Shown here: positions 54,495 through 64,000 of the stretch, in pieces | How the letters are laid out: each line of letters opens with the position of its first letter | How positions within the stretch are numbered: the stretch's first letter is position 1 | Position numbers and translations under genes: made by a program | The notes under the pieces: model-generated | The model's database searches: none | Told to the model about the DNA's origin: nothing | What the model saw: only the letters and a program-made list of their open reading frames with translations | NCBI GenBank assembly: GCA_965368975.1 | Contig: CBDUPA010000001.1 | Location: 320,001-384,000 of the forward strand | Origin: an uncultured bacterium | GTDB lineage: Bacteria; Acidobacteriota; Thermoanaerobaculia; Multivoradales; JAHZIX01 | Reading direction: 5' to 3' | Length of the DNA: 64,000 nt

Positions 54495-56284
54495 TCCAAG
54501 CTTTCGGCAGGATCAGCCTTTCGATGCGGCCAGTTCGGAAGCGCTCGCTTCCGAGTCTGGCCGCGTTCGTTTGTCCTCTTCTCTTGGCCCCAGTTTTGGT
54601 TCCGGCCTTGGGCTGGACGCTTGAGGCTGCGGCGCAGGTCTCGTTCGTAGAGGCCGGTGACAGCAGCGGCTTTGAGCGTTACGTAGGGGCTGACAATCGC
54701 AGCTTCGGCAGTGGCGCCGCTGCGGCGGACTTCGACGATGACGGAGACATCGACCTCTTCGTTCCCAACACCAATGGGTTTCCCGACCAGCTCTACCGCA
54801 ACCACGGCGATGGTACCTTCGAGGAGGTCGCGGCCGTACTCGGCGTGGACAGTCTCGAACGCGCTGGAAGTAGCCTGTTCTTCGACTACGACGCCGACGG
54901 TCGCCTCGACCTGCTGGTGGCCGGCGATTGCTACCTGGACGACGCAGCCTGCACCCGCGGTGTGTCCTTCCAGCGCCTCTACCGTCAGACCGAGAGCGGA
55001 CCCTTCGTCGAGGTGACCGCCGAGGCCGGCTTGTTCGACGCCGAGCACCACAGTGGCGAGCATCGCGGCGGCAGCGCGGCCGGGGATCTCAACGGCGATG
55101 GCTACCTGGACTTCGTGACCGTTTTTTGGGACGGTACCTTCTACCTCTTCTTGAACCAGGGAGATGGCAGCTTCGAGGAGGTCTCGGCCTTGGCTGGTAT
55201 CGACGATGCGGTGCTCGGCTACTGGCAGCCGGTGATTCTCGATGTCGACGGGGACGGCTGGCAGGACATCTACGTGGCGGTCGATTTCACCGAGAATCGT
55301 CTGTGGATGAACCAGGGCTTCGGGTCCGCGGAAGTGCAAGCCAGGGCGGGGAAGCAGGCTCGGGTGCCTGCTTTTGTCGATGCCGGTGCCGACGCTCGCT
55401 GCGACAACGCGATGAACGACATGGGCGTCACGGTCGGAGACTTCGACGCTGACGGCGATCCGGACTTCTACGTCACCAACATCTTCGGCACGGTTGGCAC
55501 CAGTGGGCTCGAGGAGCACAACATCTTGCTGCGCAATGACTCGGCCGTCGCTGGGGTGCTCTTTGCGGAAGTCTCCGGGGACCTTGGCGTGCGGGACGGT
55601 GGCTGGGGTTGGGGTACCACCTTTCTCGACGTCGACAACGACACGGATCTCGATCTGGCCGAAACCAACGGCTGGCGCTTTCAGCGCTGGCGCCAGCCGC
55701 CGCGCTTGTTCCTCAACGAGGAGGACACATCGGCGAGTCCCGTGTTCATCGAGCAGGCCGCGGCGGCGGGTTTGACCGACAATGGTTGGGGCAGCGCGCT
55801 ACTTGCCTTCGATGCCGACCGCGACGGTGATCTAGATCTCTTCCAGACCGTTCGCGACGAGCCGCTCCAGTTGTACCTGAACCAGCTGGATCCTTCGCCG
55901 CTTGGGGAAGGGGAGGTAGATCGTAATTACCTGGTCGTGCGGCCGCGGCAGCGTGGCGAGACGCGCGGTGGGCGCAACGTGCACGCGATCGGTGCCAGGA
56001 TCGTGGTGGAAACTGAGCTGGCTACGATGACGCGCTGGATTACCGCCGGTATCAGCTTCCTCGGCCAGGAACCGGCCGAGGCACACTTCGGTTTGGGGGT
56101 GGCCTCGCTGGCGGAGCGCATCACCGTTTACTGGCCCCAAGGTGGCCGGACGTCCTTCTGCAATGTGCCTACCGGACAGGTTCTGACGGCGACGCCGAGT
56201 GAGTTGCGCGGTGCAACCGATGATTTCGTGATAGGCCCTTGTCCGGAAGCCCAGCGTGAGCTGCGGTCGCTGGTTCTCCCATGA
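54491..56284 (+). CDS. CRTAC1 / ASPIC-UnbV FG-GAP repeat protein 1
   Basis: Repeated DxDxDGxxD motifs, GWGWG, AIGARI and AHFGLG...WP. Start GTG 54491 or ATG 54524. Confidence 0.9.
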   Translation: MIQAFGRISLSMRPVRKRSLPSLAAFVCPLLLAPVLVPALGWTLEAAAQVSFVEAGDSSGFERYVGADNRSFGSGAAAADFDDDGDIDLFVPNTNGFPDQLYRNHGDGTFEEVAAVLGVDSLERAGSSLFFDYDADGRLDLLVAGDCYLDDAACTRGVSFQRLYRQTESGPFVEVTAEAGLFDAEHHSGEHRGGSAAGDLNGDGYLDFVTVFWDGTFYLFLNQGDGSFEEVSALAGIDDAVLGYWQPVILDVDGDGWQDIYVAVDFTENRLWMNQGFGSAEVQARAGKQARVPAFVDAGADARCDNAMNDMGVTVGDFDADGDPDFYVTNIFGTVGTSGLEEHNILLRNDSAVAGVLFAEVSGDLGVRDGGWGWGTTFLDVDNDTDLDLAETNGWRFQRWRQPPRLFLNEEDTSASPVFIEQAAAAGLTDNGWGSALLAFDADRDGDLDLFQTVRDEPLQLYLNQLDPSPLGEGEVDRNYLVVRPRQRGETRGGRNVHAIGARIVVETELATMTRWITAGISFLGQEPAEAHFGLGVASLAERITVYWPQGGRTSFCNVPTGQVLTATPSELRGATDDFVIGPCPEAQRELRSLVLP

Positions 56285-56439
56285 GCCTGGTTCCTTGAAG
56301 GTCGCAGGTGCTTTGCAGTACACTCGGTCGCCACGGAAGTTAAATTCCTAACCCCTTACAGCAAATCCCCAAGTTTGCTTGCCGGTTCGGGCGCAAGAGA
56401 GACTTCTCGGCGCTCAGCTAGCTCGAGAAGGAGACGCCA

Positions 56440-57090
56440 ATGACATCCCATCCAATTCTCCGGGCCGCCTTGCTGGCACTGCTTCTGGTGGTGGTTCCCG
56501 TAACCGCCGACGCCAGCCACATTTCTGGGATTCGTATCACCCAGACGGCTGTAGCTGGTCTCGACGTCGATATCGACGTTACCGCTTTCTACACCACCGG
56601 CTCCACGGAGACCACTGCCAATCTCGGGACCTATTACAACCAGGTTCCCGCCGTCGATTGGGGGGATGGTTCGACTGTACCGCGCTATGGCTACGGATCG
56701 TCGACCGGGATTCCGCTGGTCGCGACCAGCACCGTGGTCAATGGTATTCCCGCGCGCGCGTATCGCGGTAGCTTCAGTCATTCGTACGCTACGGCCGGGA
56801 ACTATACGATCTCGGCGAACACGGGGTGCTGCCCGATCACGACGCCGACCTACACCCTGGTCAGCGGTACGATCTTGACCACGACCGTTACGACGACCGG
56901 GCCGTTCGGCCCGACCACCTTCACGACCTCGTTCGTGCAGAACACGTTGAACGTGGCGACCGGCGTTGTGAGCAGCGCTCTGGACATCCCGACCGCGTCG
57001 AACGTGGCTCTGATTCTCCTCGCCGGCTTGTTGATGATCGCGGCCTTCCAGGTGCTCCGGCGCAGCCGGGCGAGCGCGCCGCTGCGCTGA
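56440..57090 (+). CDS. IPTL-CTERM-type surface protein, PKD-like (paralog 2)
   Basis: Closely similar to 53826-54494 (long identical blocks such as PRYGYGSSTGIPLVATSTVVNGIPARAYRGSF). DIPTAS + TM + RR. AAGGAG RBS. Confidence 0.8.
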   Translation: MTSHPILRAALLALLLVVVPVTADASHISGIRITQTAVAGLDVDIDVTAFYTTGSTETTANLGTYYNQVPAVDWGDGSTVPRYGYGSSTGIPLVATSTVVNGIPARAYRGSFSHSYATAGNYTISANTGCCPITTPTYTLVSGTILTTTVTTTGPFGPTTFTTSFVQNTLNVATGVVSSALDIPTASNVALILLAGLLMIAAFQVLRRSRASAPLR

Positions 57091-57133
57091 CGGGTTCCGC
57101 TGCGAGCCCGAGTTGCTCCCGCTCCCTGTGAGC

Positions 57134-57164
57134 GTATCGAGGTGGCGATTCGCCGCCTCGATAC
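57134..57164. terminator. Hairpin between convergent genes
   Basis: GTATCGAGGTGGCG-ATT-CGCCGCCTCGATAC, 14-bp stem with one G-U pair. Confidence 0.55.
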
Positions 57165-57190
57165 CTGCCAGGGCTCCTTCATGCCGGGCG

Positions 57191-58975
57191 TCAGCGTCCA
57201 GCCGAAGTCGGAAGGCGGGACTCGCGCAGGGGCTCGTTCAACACCAGGAACTGGTCGATAGCGACGCCGCGCAGGATCGTTTCCTGGCCGCTCGGCCAGC
57301 GAACCTTCACCTCGTCGACCACGGCTGCCTCGCCGAGGCCGAAGTGCACCGTCAGGCTGTCCTGTGAATGGGCGCTCGAGCCGCCCTTGACCTGGCGGCG
57401 ATAGGTGGCACCGTCCGGTCCACCCGTGCGGATCTCGACCACAGTGCCGATGGCATCTGGACTGCTGAGGGTGCCTCGCAGTTCCAAGGCCAACCAGTGC
57501 GCCGTGGTCTGAGTGTCATTGCGCAGGACCTGCAGCGGGCCACGCTGATTGACTACCGCGAGGTCCAGGTCGCCGTCTCGATCATAGTCGGCGACCGCGC
57601 TGCCGCGGGTTCCGCCTCGGGGACTGCCGGTGACGATACCGGCTTGTTCGGCGACGTTGGTGAAGTGTACTTGGCCTGCGGTGTCCGTACCCTCGTTGCG
57701 GAAGAGGAACTCTGACTGAGCCGCACTCAGACGGGCCACGAACAGATCTTCCCATCCGTCGTTGTCGGCGTCGAAGAAGTTCACACCCCAGGAATCAGCG
57801 GCAGCGACACCGGCTTGCGGCGCCGAGTTGTCCTCGAGGCCGCCGCTGCCGTCGCCCAAGTACAGCACGTTGCCGCGTGGCAAGGCGTCCAGGGTCGTCG
57901 CGTAGATGTCCGAGATGTACAGATCCCAGTCGCCGTCCCGGTCGACGTCTGCGACGTCGATACCCATGCCGGCCTGCGCATCGTCGCCGAGCGTCAGTTG
58001 CTGGGCCATTTCCTCGCGGAAGGTCACCAGGCCGCTGTCTGGATCTGGGCCCAGGTTGCGGTAGAGGAAGTCGACGTGGAACGGGATGGGATCCCGTTTC
58101 GAAACGTTGACCACGTAGAGGTCGGGCCACAGGTCGTCGTCGAGCTGGAAGCCGCCCGCCATCAAGGCGCCTCGGTAGGTCAAGGCGTCGGTGCCGGGTT
58201 GAAGGCGACTGGTGATCGAGACGTCCTCGAAGGTGCCATCGCAGCGGTTTCGGTAAAGTCGATCTTGATTCGCCGGATCGCCGCCCGCATTGATCACCAT
58301 GTGTCCGACGAACAGGTCGATACAGCCATCGCGGTCGTAGTCCAGCCAGGCAGCGGTCTTGCTGCGGAATGCTGGCAGCTGTCCCAACGCAGGCTCCGCG
58401 AGATCGTCCACGCCGGCTTCTGCTGCCACTTCCTCGAACAACGGTTGTCCCGGCAGCAACGTGGCGCCGTTTTCCACCCACAGGTTCCGCAACAACAAGT
58501 TGGCTGGGCCATCTGGGTCGTTCCTGGTATTGCCCAGCCGGAACCGATCGTTGTCGGTGTAAATGAAAATATCTGGATCACCGTCGCGGTCGTAGTCGGC
58601 AAAGCGTGAACCCGACATCTCTACATCTGGCAGGACCGGCAGTCGAGAGTCGGCACGGCTGAAGGTGCCGTCGGCGTTGTTCAGGAAGAGGTGCGGAGGG
58701 TATCCAGGGCCGCCGCCGACGGCAAAGAGGTCGGGCCAGCCATCGGAGTTGACGTCGAGCCAGTTGACACCCAAGCTGTGGTTGGTGGGGGAGAAGTACT
58801 CGTCCCCCGCGATTCCGGCTTCGCTACTGACGTCTGTGAAGCGAATCTGAGCCTCGACAGTGTTGGTTAGCAGGAAGGGGCCGGTGATTATCCACGAAGT
58901 GATCATCCACCGAGTGATAACCCGCGGAGTGGTGCCTCGCAGAGCGGCAAGAAGGGTTCGCAAGATGGTTGGCAT
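57191..58975 (-). CDS. CRTAC1 / ASPIC-UnbV FG-GAP repeat protein 2 (divergent)
   Basis: DYDRDGDxD repeats, DAIGTVV, QDSLTVHFGLG and VRWPSG. Confidence 0.9.
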   Translation of the reverse strand: MPTILRTLLAALRGTTPRVITRWMITSWIITGPFLLTNTVEAQIRFTDVSSEAGIAGDEYFSPTNHSLGVNWLDVNSDGWPDLFAVGGGPGYPPHLFLNNADGTFSRADSRLPVLPDVEMSGSRFADYDRDGDPDIFIYTDNDRFRLGNTRNDPDGPANLLLRNLWVENGATLLPGQPLFEEVAAEAGVDDLAEPALGQLPAFRSKTAAWLDYDRDGCIDLFVGHMVINAGGDPANQDRLYRNRCDGTFEDVSITSRLQPGTDALTYRGALMAGGFQLDDDLWPDLYVVNVSKRDPIPFHVDFLYRNLGPDPDSGLVTFREEMAQQLTLGDDAQAGMGIDVADVDRDGDWDLYISDIYATTLDALPRGNVLYLGDGSGGLEDNSAPQAGVAAADSWGVNFFDADNDGWEDLFVARLSAAQSEFLFRNEGTDTAGQVHFTNVAEQAGIVTGSPRGGTRGSAVADYDRDGDLDLAVVNQRGPLQVLRNDTQTTAHWLALELRGTLSSPDAIGTVVEIRTGGPDGATYRRQVKGGSSAHSQDSLTVHFGLGEAAVVDEVKVRWPSGQETILRGVAIDQFLVLNEPLRESRLPTSAGR

Positions 58976-59035
58976 AGCCAGCTATACTATGGCGCTCTCT
59001 GTCGAGCGGCAAGCCGCCCAAAACCAGGAGAATCG

Positions 59036-60685
59036 ATGATCGCCACCCGCCAGCCGTTGCACTTCACAACCACTTCCCTGCTCTTCGCTGTCTGCGTCCT
59101 GGCAGCGTCTTCGGCACTACAGGCGCAGATCAACTTCGTCGAGATCGGCGCCCAGCGCGGTATCGCGCCCTATCAAATGGCCGACGGTCAAGGCGGCGGC
59201 GTCGCGGCTGCCGACTTCGACGACGACGGTGATGTCGACTTCTTCGTGCCCACCGCCGAAGGTACACCGCACCAGCTGTACCGCAACCTGGGCAACGGTG
59301 TGTTCCAGGAGATCGCGGCCGCTCGGGGCCTGGCGCTGACCGAGCGCGGTCGTGGTGCCTTGTGGTTCGACTACGACGGCGACAACCGTCTCGACCTGCT
59401 GGTGACGCGCGACTGCTTCGAGACTTCCTGCAACGGCTCGATGCTGCGCCTCTACCGCCAGAGCCCCAACGGTACCTTCAGCGACGTCACCACACCGGCC
59501 GGCCTGACCGAGACCGGCCTCACCACGATCATGCATCGGGGTGGTGCCGCGGCGGCCGACCTCAACGGTGACGGCTGGCTCGACCTGGTGACCGCCGTCT
59601 GGCAGGGCCCGATGCGGCTGTGGCTCAACCAAGGCAACGGTCGCTTCAGTGACGTCACCGCTGCCAGCGGTCTCAGCCTCGGCTTCCGTGGACACTGGCA
59701 GCCGGTGATCGCCGACCTCGACGGCGACGGCCGTCTCGACATCTACGTGGCGGTCGATTTCGCCGAGAACCGCCTGTGGCGGGGAACCGGTGCCAGCGGC
59801 GGCGTGCCGCGTTTCACCGACGTCGCCGCGGCGGCGAACTGCGACAACGCGATGAACGACATGGGGGTGGCCCTCGGCGACTACGACGAGGACGGCGATC
59901 CCGACCTCTACGTCACCAACATCTTCACCAATCTCTTCTACAACATCCTGCTGCGCAACGATTCCAGCGCCGGTAACGCGGCCTTCGCCGAGCGCTCGAT
60001 GCAAGCCGCCGTGCGCAACGGTGGCTGGGGCTGGGGCACCACCTTCTTCGATATCAACAACGACACCTTTCTCGATCTGGTCGAGACCAACGGCTGGGAG
60101 CAGCCCCAATGGCTGCAGCCACCACGCCTGTACGTCAACAACAGCCAGTCGCCGCCCAAGTTCCTCGACCTCGCGTCCACCGCCGGCTTCACGCAGGAAG
60201 CCTGGGGTAGCTCGATCGTCGCTGTCGACGCCGATCGCGACGGCGCCCTCGACCTGCTGCACACAGTCTCGGGTGGCAACCTCGAGCTGTTCCAGAGCCA
60301 GCTCAGCGCTGGCACCGGCAGCCGTCATTACCTGGTGATTCGACCGCGGCAGACGACCGCTCCGGCGAGCCGCAACGCTCGTGCCATCGGAGCGCGCGTC
60401 ACCGTCGAGTTCAGTGGGCGCACTTTGACGCGCTGGATCACCGCTGGGATCAGCTTTCTGGGGCAAGAACCGGCGGAAGCTCACTTTGGCCTGGGTGGCG
60501 CCACCAGCATCGACAAGGTCACCGTCTTCTGGCCGGACGGCTCGGAGACCGCCTTCTGCGACGTTCCCGGCGACGACGTGCTGACTCTCACGCCGACCAG
60601 TCTGACCGATCCGGGTGCGCGTGCCGTTGGCACCCTGTGCTCGGCCCCGCCGCCGTCCGGGCGTGAGCTGCGCATTCCCAAGTAG
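59036..60685 (+). CDS. CRTAC1 / ASPIC-UnbV FG-GAP repeat protein 3
   Basis: Same architecture as protein 1, with WITAGISFLGQEPAEAHFGLG. AGGAG RBS. Confidence 0.9.
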   Translation: MIATRQPLHFTTTSLLFAVCVLAASSALQAQINFVEIGAQRGIAPYQMADGQGGGVAAADFDDDGDVDFFVPTAEGTPHQLYRNLGNGVFQEIAAARGLALTERGRGALWFDYDGDNRLDLLVTRDCFETSCNGSMLRLYRQSPNGTFSDVTTPAGLTETGLTTIMHRGGAAAADLNGDGWLDLVTAVWQGPMRLWLNQGNGRFSDVTAASGLSLGFRGHWQPVIADLDGDGRLDIYVAVDFAENRLWRGTGASGGVPRFTDVAAAANCDNAMNDMGVALGDYDEDGDPDLYVTNIFTNLFYNILLRNDSSAGNAAFAERSMQAAVRNGGWGWGTTFFDINNDTFLDLVETNGWEQPQWLQPPRLYVNNSQSPPKFLDLASTAGFTQEAWGSSIVAVDADRDGALDLLHTVSGGNLELFQSQLSAGTGSRHYLVIRPRQTTAPASRNARAIGARVTVEFSGRTLTRWITAGISFLGQEPAEAHFGLGGATSIDKVTVFWPDGSETAFCDVPGDDVLTLTPTSLTDPGARAVGTLCSAPPPSGRELRIPK

Positions 60686-60765
60686 CAGCACAAGGTCGGC
60701 GGCAGTCGGCATTGCCTTCTTTGCGGGAACTCCGCTACACTTCCAATATTCCATTGGAGGTTCTC

Positions 60766-62484
60766 ATGAAGCAGCGTTCCCGCTCGGGGATTTGTCGTGC
60801 CCGCCTTGTGTCCGCGGTTCTCCTTGGCAGCCTGGTTCTCGTGTCAGGGCTCCCCACTGCAGCACAAATTCGTTTCATAGATATTACCGATCAAAGCGGT
60901 TTGCAATATTTCGAGATGGCGCGACAGGGCTACGGAGCTGGCCTGGCTGCCGCCGATTTCGATGACGACGGGGATGTCGACCTCTTCGTGCCGACCGCGG
61001 CCGACACGCCCGACCAGCTCTACCGCAACCTGGGTGGTGGGCAGTTCGAAGAGGTCGGCGCGGCGCTCGGCGTTGCCGGGACGCAGCGCTCGCGCGCAGG
61101 GCTGTGGTTCGACTACGACGGCGACGGCCGGCTCGACTTGCTGGTCAGCGGCGATTGCTACCAGGTCGACTGTGCGTCCGCCGGCTCGCTCCTGCGCCTC
61201 TTCCGTCAGCAGCCCAACGGCCGCTTCCTCGACGTCACGGCCGCTGCCGGTCTCACCGAGCAGGGACAATCGCCGAATGAGCACCGCTCCGGCGCCGCGG
61301 CGGCCGATCTGAACGGGGATGGCTACCTGGACCTGGTCACCGGCTTCTGGATGGGCCGGCTGCACCTGTACCTCAACCAGGGCAACGGGCGCTTCCGGGA
61401 CGTCTCCGTCGCCGCCGGTATCGGCACCGCCTCCGTCGGCCACCTGCAGCCGGTGATTCTGGACTTCGACGGCGACGGCAGACTCGACATCTACACTTCC
61501 GTCGACTTCGAGAAAAACCGTCTGTGGCAGCACCAAGGCACGCAGAGCGGCATGCCCAAGTTCAAGGAAGTTGCCGTCGCTGCCGGCTGTGCCAACTCCA
61601 TGAACGACATGGGTGTGGCCATCGGGGACTATGACGAAGACGGCGATCCCGATGTCTACGTGAGCAACATCTACACCAACATCCTCTACAACGTGCTGCA
61701 GCGCAATGACTCGACCCCGGGTACGGCCAGCTTCCGCGAGGTGTCGCGCCAGGCCGGCGTGCGCGACGGCGGCTGGGGCTGGGGTACCACCTTCTTCGAC
61801 GCCGACAACGACACCTACCTCGATCTGGCCGAGACCAACGGTTGGACGAGCACCAAGTGGGAGCAGCCGCCGCGGCTGTTCGTGCACCGACGCACTGCGC
61901 CCGTCACCTACCTGGAGCTCGCCGGCCCGTCCGGACTGCAAGACCCCGCTTGGGGCAGCTCCCTGATCGCCTTCGACGTCGATCGCGACGGCGACCTCGA
62001 CCTGCTGCAGAACCTGCGCGACGGGGGCTTCCAGCTCTACCAGAATCAGCTCAACGCCGGCGGCGCGAACAGCCATTACCTGGTCGTGCGCCCGCGCCAG
62101 GAGCACAGCGCTGCCGCGCAACGCAATCGGCGTGCTCTCGGTGCCAAGGTGAGCGTCGAGGTGGCTGGTCGCACGCTGGTGCGCTGGATCACCGCCGGCA
62201 TCAGCTTCTTTGGCCAGGAGCCGGCGGAGGCCTTTTTCGGCCTCGGTTCCGCGACCAGGGTCGACAAGGTCACCGTCACCTGGCCGGATGGCAACCAGAC
62301 CTCGTTCTGTAACGTCCCTGCCGACCAGGTCGTGACCCTGACCACCGGTGGCGGGTCCGCGTCCGGCCAGGGCCGAGCCCGCCTGGCGTCGCAGGCTCGG
62401 GCCACCGGGGCGACGGCGGAGAAGAACGTCGGCGTGGCGTGCGGCGACACGACGTCGGGGCGGCAGATGAGGGTTGTCGAGTGA
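60766..62484 (+). CDS. CRTAC1 / ASPIC-UnbV FG-GAP repeat protein 4
   Basis: GGAGG before ATG 60766. Same architecture, with WITAGISFFGQEPAEAFFGLG. Confidence 0.9.
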   Translation: MKQRSRSGICRARLVSAVLLGSLVLVSGLPTAAQIRFIDITDQSGLQYFEMARQGYGAGLAAADFDDDGDVDLFVPTAADTPDQLYRNLGGGQFEEVGAALGVAGTQRSRAGLWFDYDGDGRLDLLVSGDCYQVDCASAGSLLRLFRQQPNGRFLDVTAAAGLTEQGQSPNEHRSGAAAADLNGDGYLDLVTGFWMGRLHLYLNQGNGRFRDVSVAAGIGTASVGHLQPVILDFDGDGRLDIYTSVDFEKNRLWQHQGTQSGMPKFKEVAVAAGCANSMNDMGVAIGDYDEDGDPDVYVSNIYTNILYNVLQRNDSTPGTASFREVSRQAGVRDGGWGWGTTFFDADNDTYLDLAETNGWTSTKWEQPPRLFVHRRTAPVTYLELAGPSGLQDPAWGSSLIAFDVDRDGDLDLLQNLRDGGFQLYQNQLNAGGANSHYLVVRPRQEHSAAAQRNRRALGAKVSVEVAGRTLVRWITAGISFFGQEPAEAFFGLGSATRVDKVTVTWPDGNQTSFCNVPADQVVTLTTGGGSASGQGRARLASQARATGATAEKNVGVACGDTTSGRQMRVVE

Positions 62485-62561
62485 GTTTCTGAGTTCGGAG
62501 CAAGTTTCTTGGCAGGGTTCTCCGCTCGTTTCCGTGAGTAGAGGGTGAAAGGAGATCTATC

Positions 62562-64000
62562 ATGATCCATACGTCCTCTTTCCGGACACGCAGTCAAAAT
62601 CCGAAGCCCTTCATCTCCCACCGTCTCGGCAGCGTTCTCGTCTGCGCCACGCTCGTGGCGGGCAGTCTCGTTACCGGTAACGCGCTGGCCCAGTCGTCGA
62701 TCGTCGGTGACGCCGACGGCAGCGGTTCGGTGAACCATTCCGATGTCGCCTTCGTGCAGGCGGCGATCGATAGCGAGACGGCGCAGACGCAGCCCTACGC
62801 CCTCACCGACGTTGCCGTGCCGTGCGATGGCTATGTCGACGGTGCCGACCTGGCGTTGATCGATCGAGCCGCTCGCACGGGACCACGCGAGGCGCCGGTC
62901 GTTTCCGTCTGCCACGGCGTGGCGATCGGAACACCTCTACCGCAGCCGGAGCCCCCGAGTGACCCGGTGACGCTCGACGACATCTTCTGGGACATCGGCG
63001 AGCAGGTACCGGAGTTCGGCGGCCTGTACTTCGATAGCCAGGGCGCGGCGACGATCGTGCTCACCAAGGACGACGAAGAGGTCGTGCAGGTGGCCTCCGA
63101 AGTCGTGTTCCAGTACTTCGACCAGGAACGCCTGGGCACCGAGACACTGCGCGTCGTTCCCGGCGACTACGGTTTCAACGAGCTGCACGGCTGGCGCGTC
63201 GAGACGCGCGACGTGCTGACTCTTCCCGGCGTGGTGGCGGTGGATACCGACGAGGTGGCCAATCGCTACTGGATCGGTCTCGAGAGCTGGGACTATCGCG
63301 AGTCCGTCGAGCTGTACCTGCAGAATGCGGGCGTACCGCTGGCGCTGGTGCAGTTCGAAGAGACCGGCCTCGATGTCGAGACGCAGGCTACCGGATTCAT
63401 CGAGCAGATGCGTCCGATCATGGGTGGCATCGGGGTGCAGAACTGCACCATCGGTGTCGTGCTCAACATGCTGGGGCAGCGCGGTTTCCTGATCAACTCG
63501 CACTGTACCGCCACCAGTGGCATGGTCGACGGCTTCCAGTTCTTCCAGCCCGGTGGCATTCCAGGCGACGGCGTGGGTACGGAGATCTTCGACCCACCGT
63601 TGTTCACCAGTGCCACGAACTCAGCGTGCCCGAGCGGCGAGGTCTGCCGCTTCAGCGATGCTGCTTTTGTGCGAACCAACTTCCTGGCCACCAGCGTTCG
63701 GGGTCGTGTGCGTCGTTCGGCGAGCGCTGGCGTGCATGGCTTCCGCTGGATCGAGAACGTCGAGATGAACCCGCTGTGCGGCGATCCGGTGACCAAGTCC
63801 GGGCAGACCACGGGCGCGGAACTGGGTGAGATCACCAAGACTTGCACCGATCGCAACGTGGGTTTCATGAAGCTGTGCCAGCTGAAGGCATCCGCGCAGT
63901 CCGACTTCGGCGACAGTGGCGGGCCGGTCTACCAGGACGGACCCACCGGTCCCTACTTCCACGATGACGAAGCCACTTTCATCGGCCTCAACTGGGGCAA
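62562..64000 (+). CDS. Secreted chymotrypsin-like (S1) serine protease with N-terminal dockerin-like repeats and pro-region; 3' end outside the window (absent from the ORF track)
   Basis: Translated by hand from ATG 62562 (AAGGAG RBS), open to the window end. Signal ALA-Q, GDADGSGSVNHSD and DGYVDGADL, triad motifs NSHC / SDAA / GDSGGP, KSGQTTG. Confidence 0.85.
   Translation, partial: MIHTSSFRTRSQNPKPFISHRLGSVLVCATLVAGSLVTGNALAQSSIVGDADGSGSVNHSDVAFVQAAIDSETAQTQPYALTDVAVPCDGYVDGADLALIDRAARTGPREAPVVSVCHGVAIGTPLPQPEPPSDPVTLDDIFWDIGEQVPEFGGLYFDSQGAATIVLTKDDEEVVQVASEVVFQYFDQERLGTETLRVVPGDYGFNELHGWRVETRDVLTLPGVVAVDTDEVANRYWIGLESWDYRESVELYLQNAGVPLALVQFEETGLDVETQATGFIEQMRPIMGGIGVQNCTIGVVLNMLGQRGFLINSHCTATSGMVDGFQFFQPGGIPGDGVGTEIFDPPLFTSATNSACPSGEVCRFSDAAFVRTNFLATSVRGRVRRSASAGVHGFRWIENVEMNPLCGDPVTKSGQTTGAELGEITKTCTDRNVGFMKLCQLKASAQSDFGDSGGPVYQDGPTGPYFHDDEATFIGLNWG

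Overview
GC-rich bacterial DNA that is almost fully coding. IPTL-CTERM tails, a C-terminal IFxDGFESGDxSAWS motif, kinase-TPR and sulfatase-TPR proteins and CRTAC1-like repeats suggest Acidobacteriota (Thermoanaerobaculia-like); this is inference. Left to right: (1) a RAYT transposase flanked by GTAG-type REP pairs; (2) a DppA-like binding protein; (3) a co-directional DUF2064 / TonB receptor / YnjBCD-like ABC / tandem GATase-like / radical SAM cluster, split by a vapBC module; (4) ECF sigma, anti-sigma, YbjQ, a Ser/Thr kinase and a second TA pair; (5) a KaiC/RadA-like ATPase, ATP-dependent DNA ligase, Fur, class II photolyase and SpeD; (6) secreted proteases (M43, tricorn); (7) an integrase-less Prim-Pol + DUF3987 module next to an orphan antitoxin and a SEFIR-kinase-AstE/AspA fusion; (8) purB, rlpA; (9) a patch of truncated or chimeric genes; (10) a surface-protein block with two IPTL-CTERM paralogs, four CRTAC1/ASPIC-UnbV proteins and a dockerin-like S1 protease running off the end. 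Best candidates for undescribed systems: the DUF2064-TonB-ABC-radical SAM cluster (3.2-14.2 kb), the SEFIR-kinase-peptidase fusion (39.5-42.2 kb) and the KaiC-like ATPase/ligase pair (22.2-25.3 kb). No rRNA, tRNA or CRISPR array was seen. All family calls come from motif recognition by eye, not from database searches.
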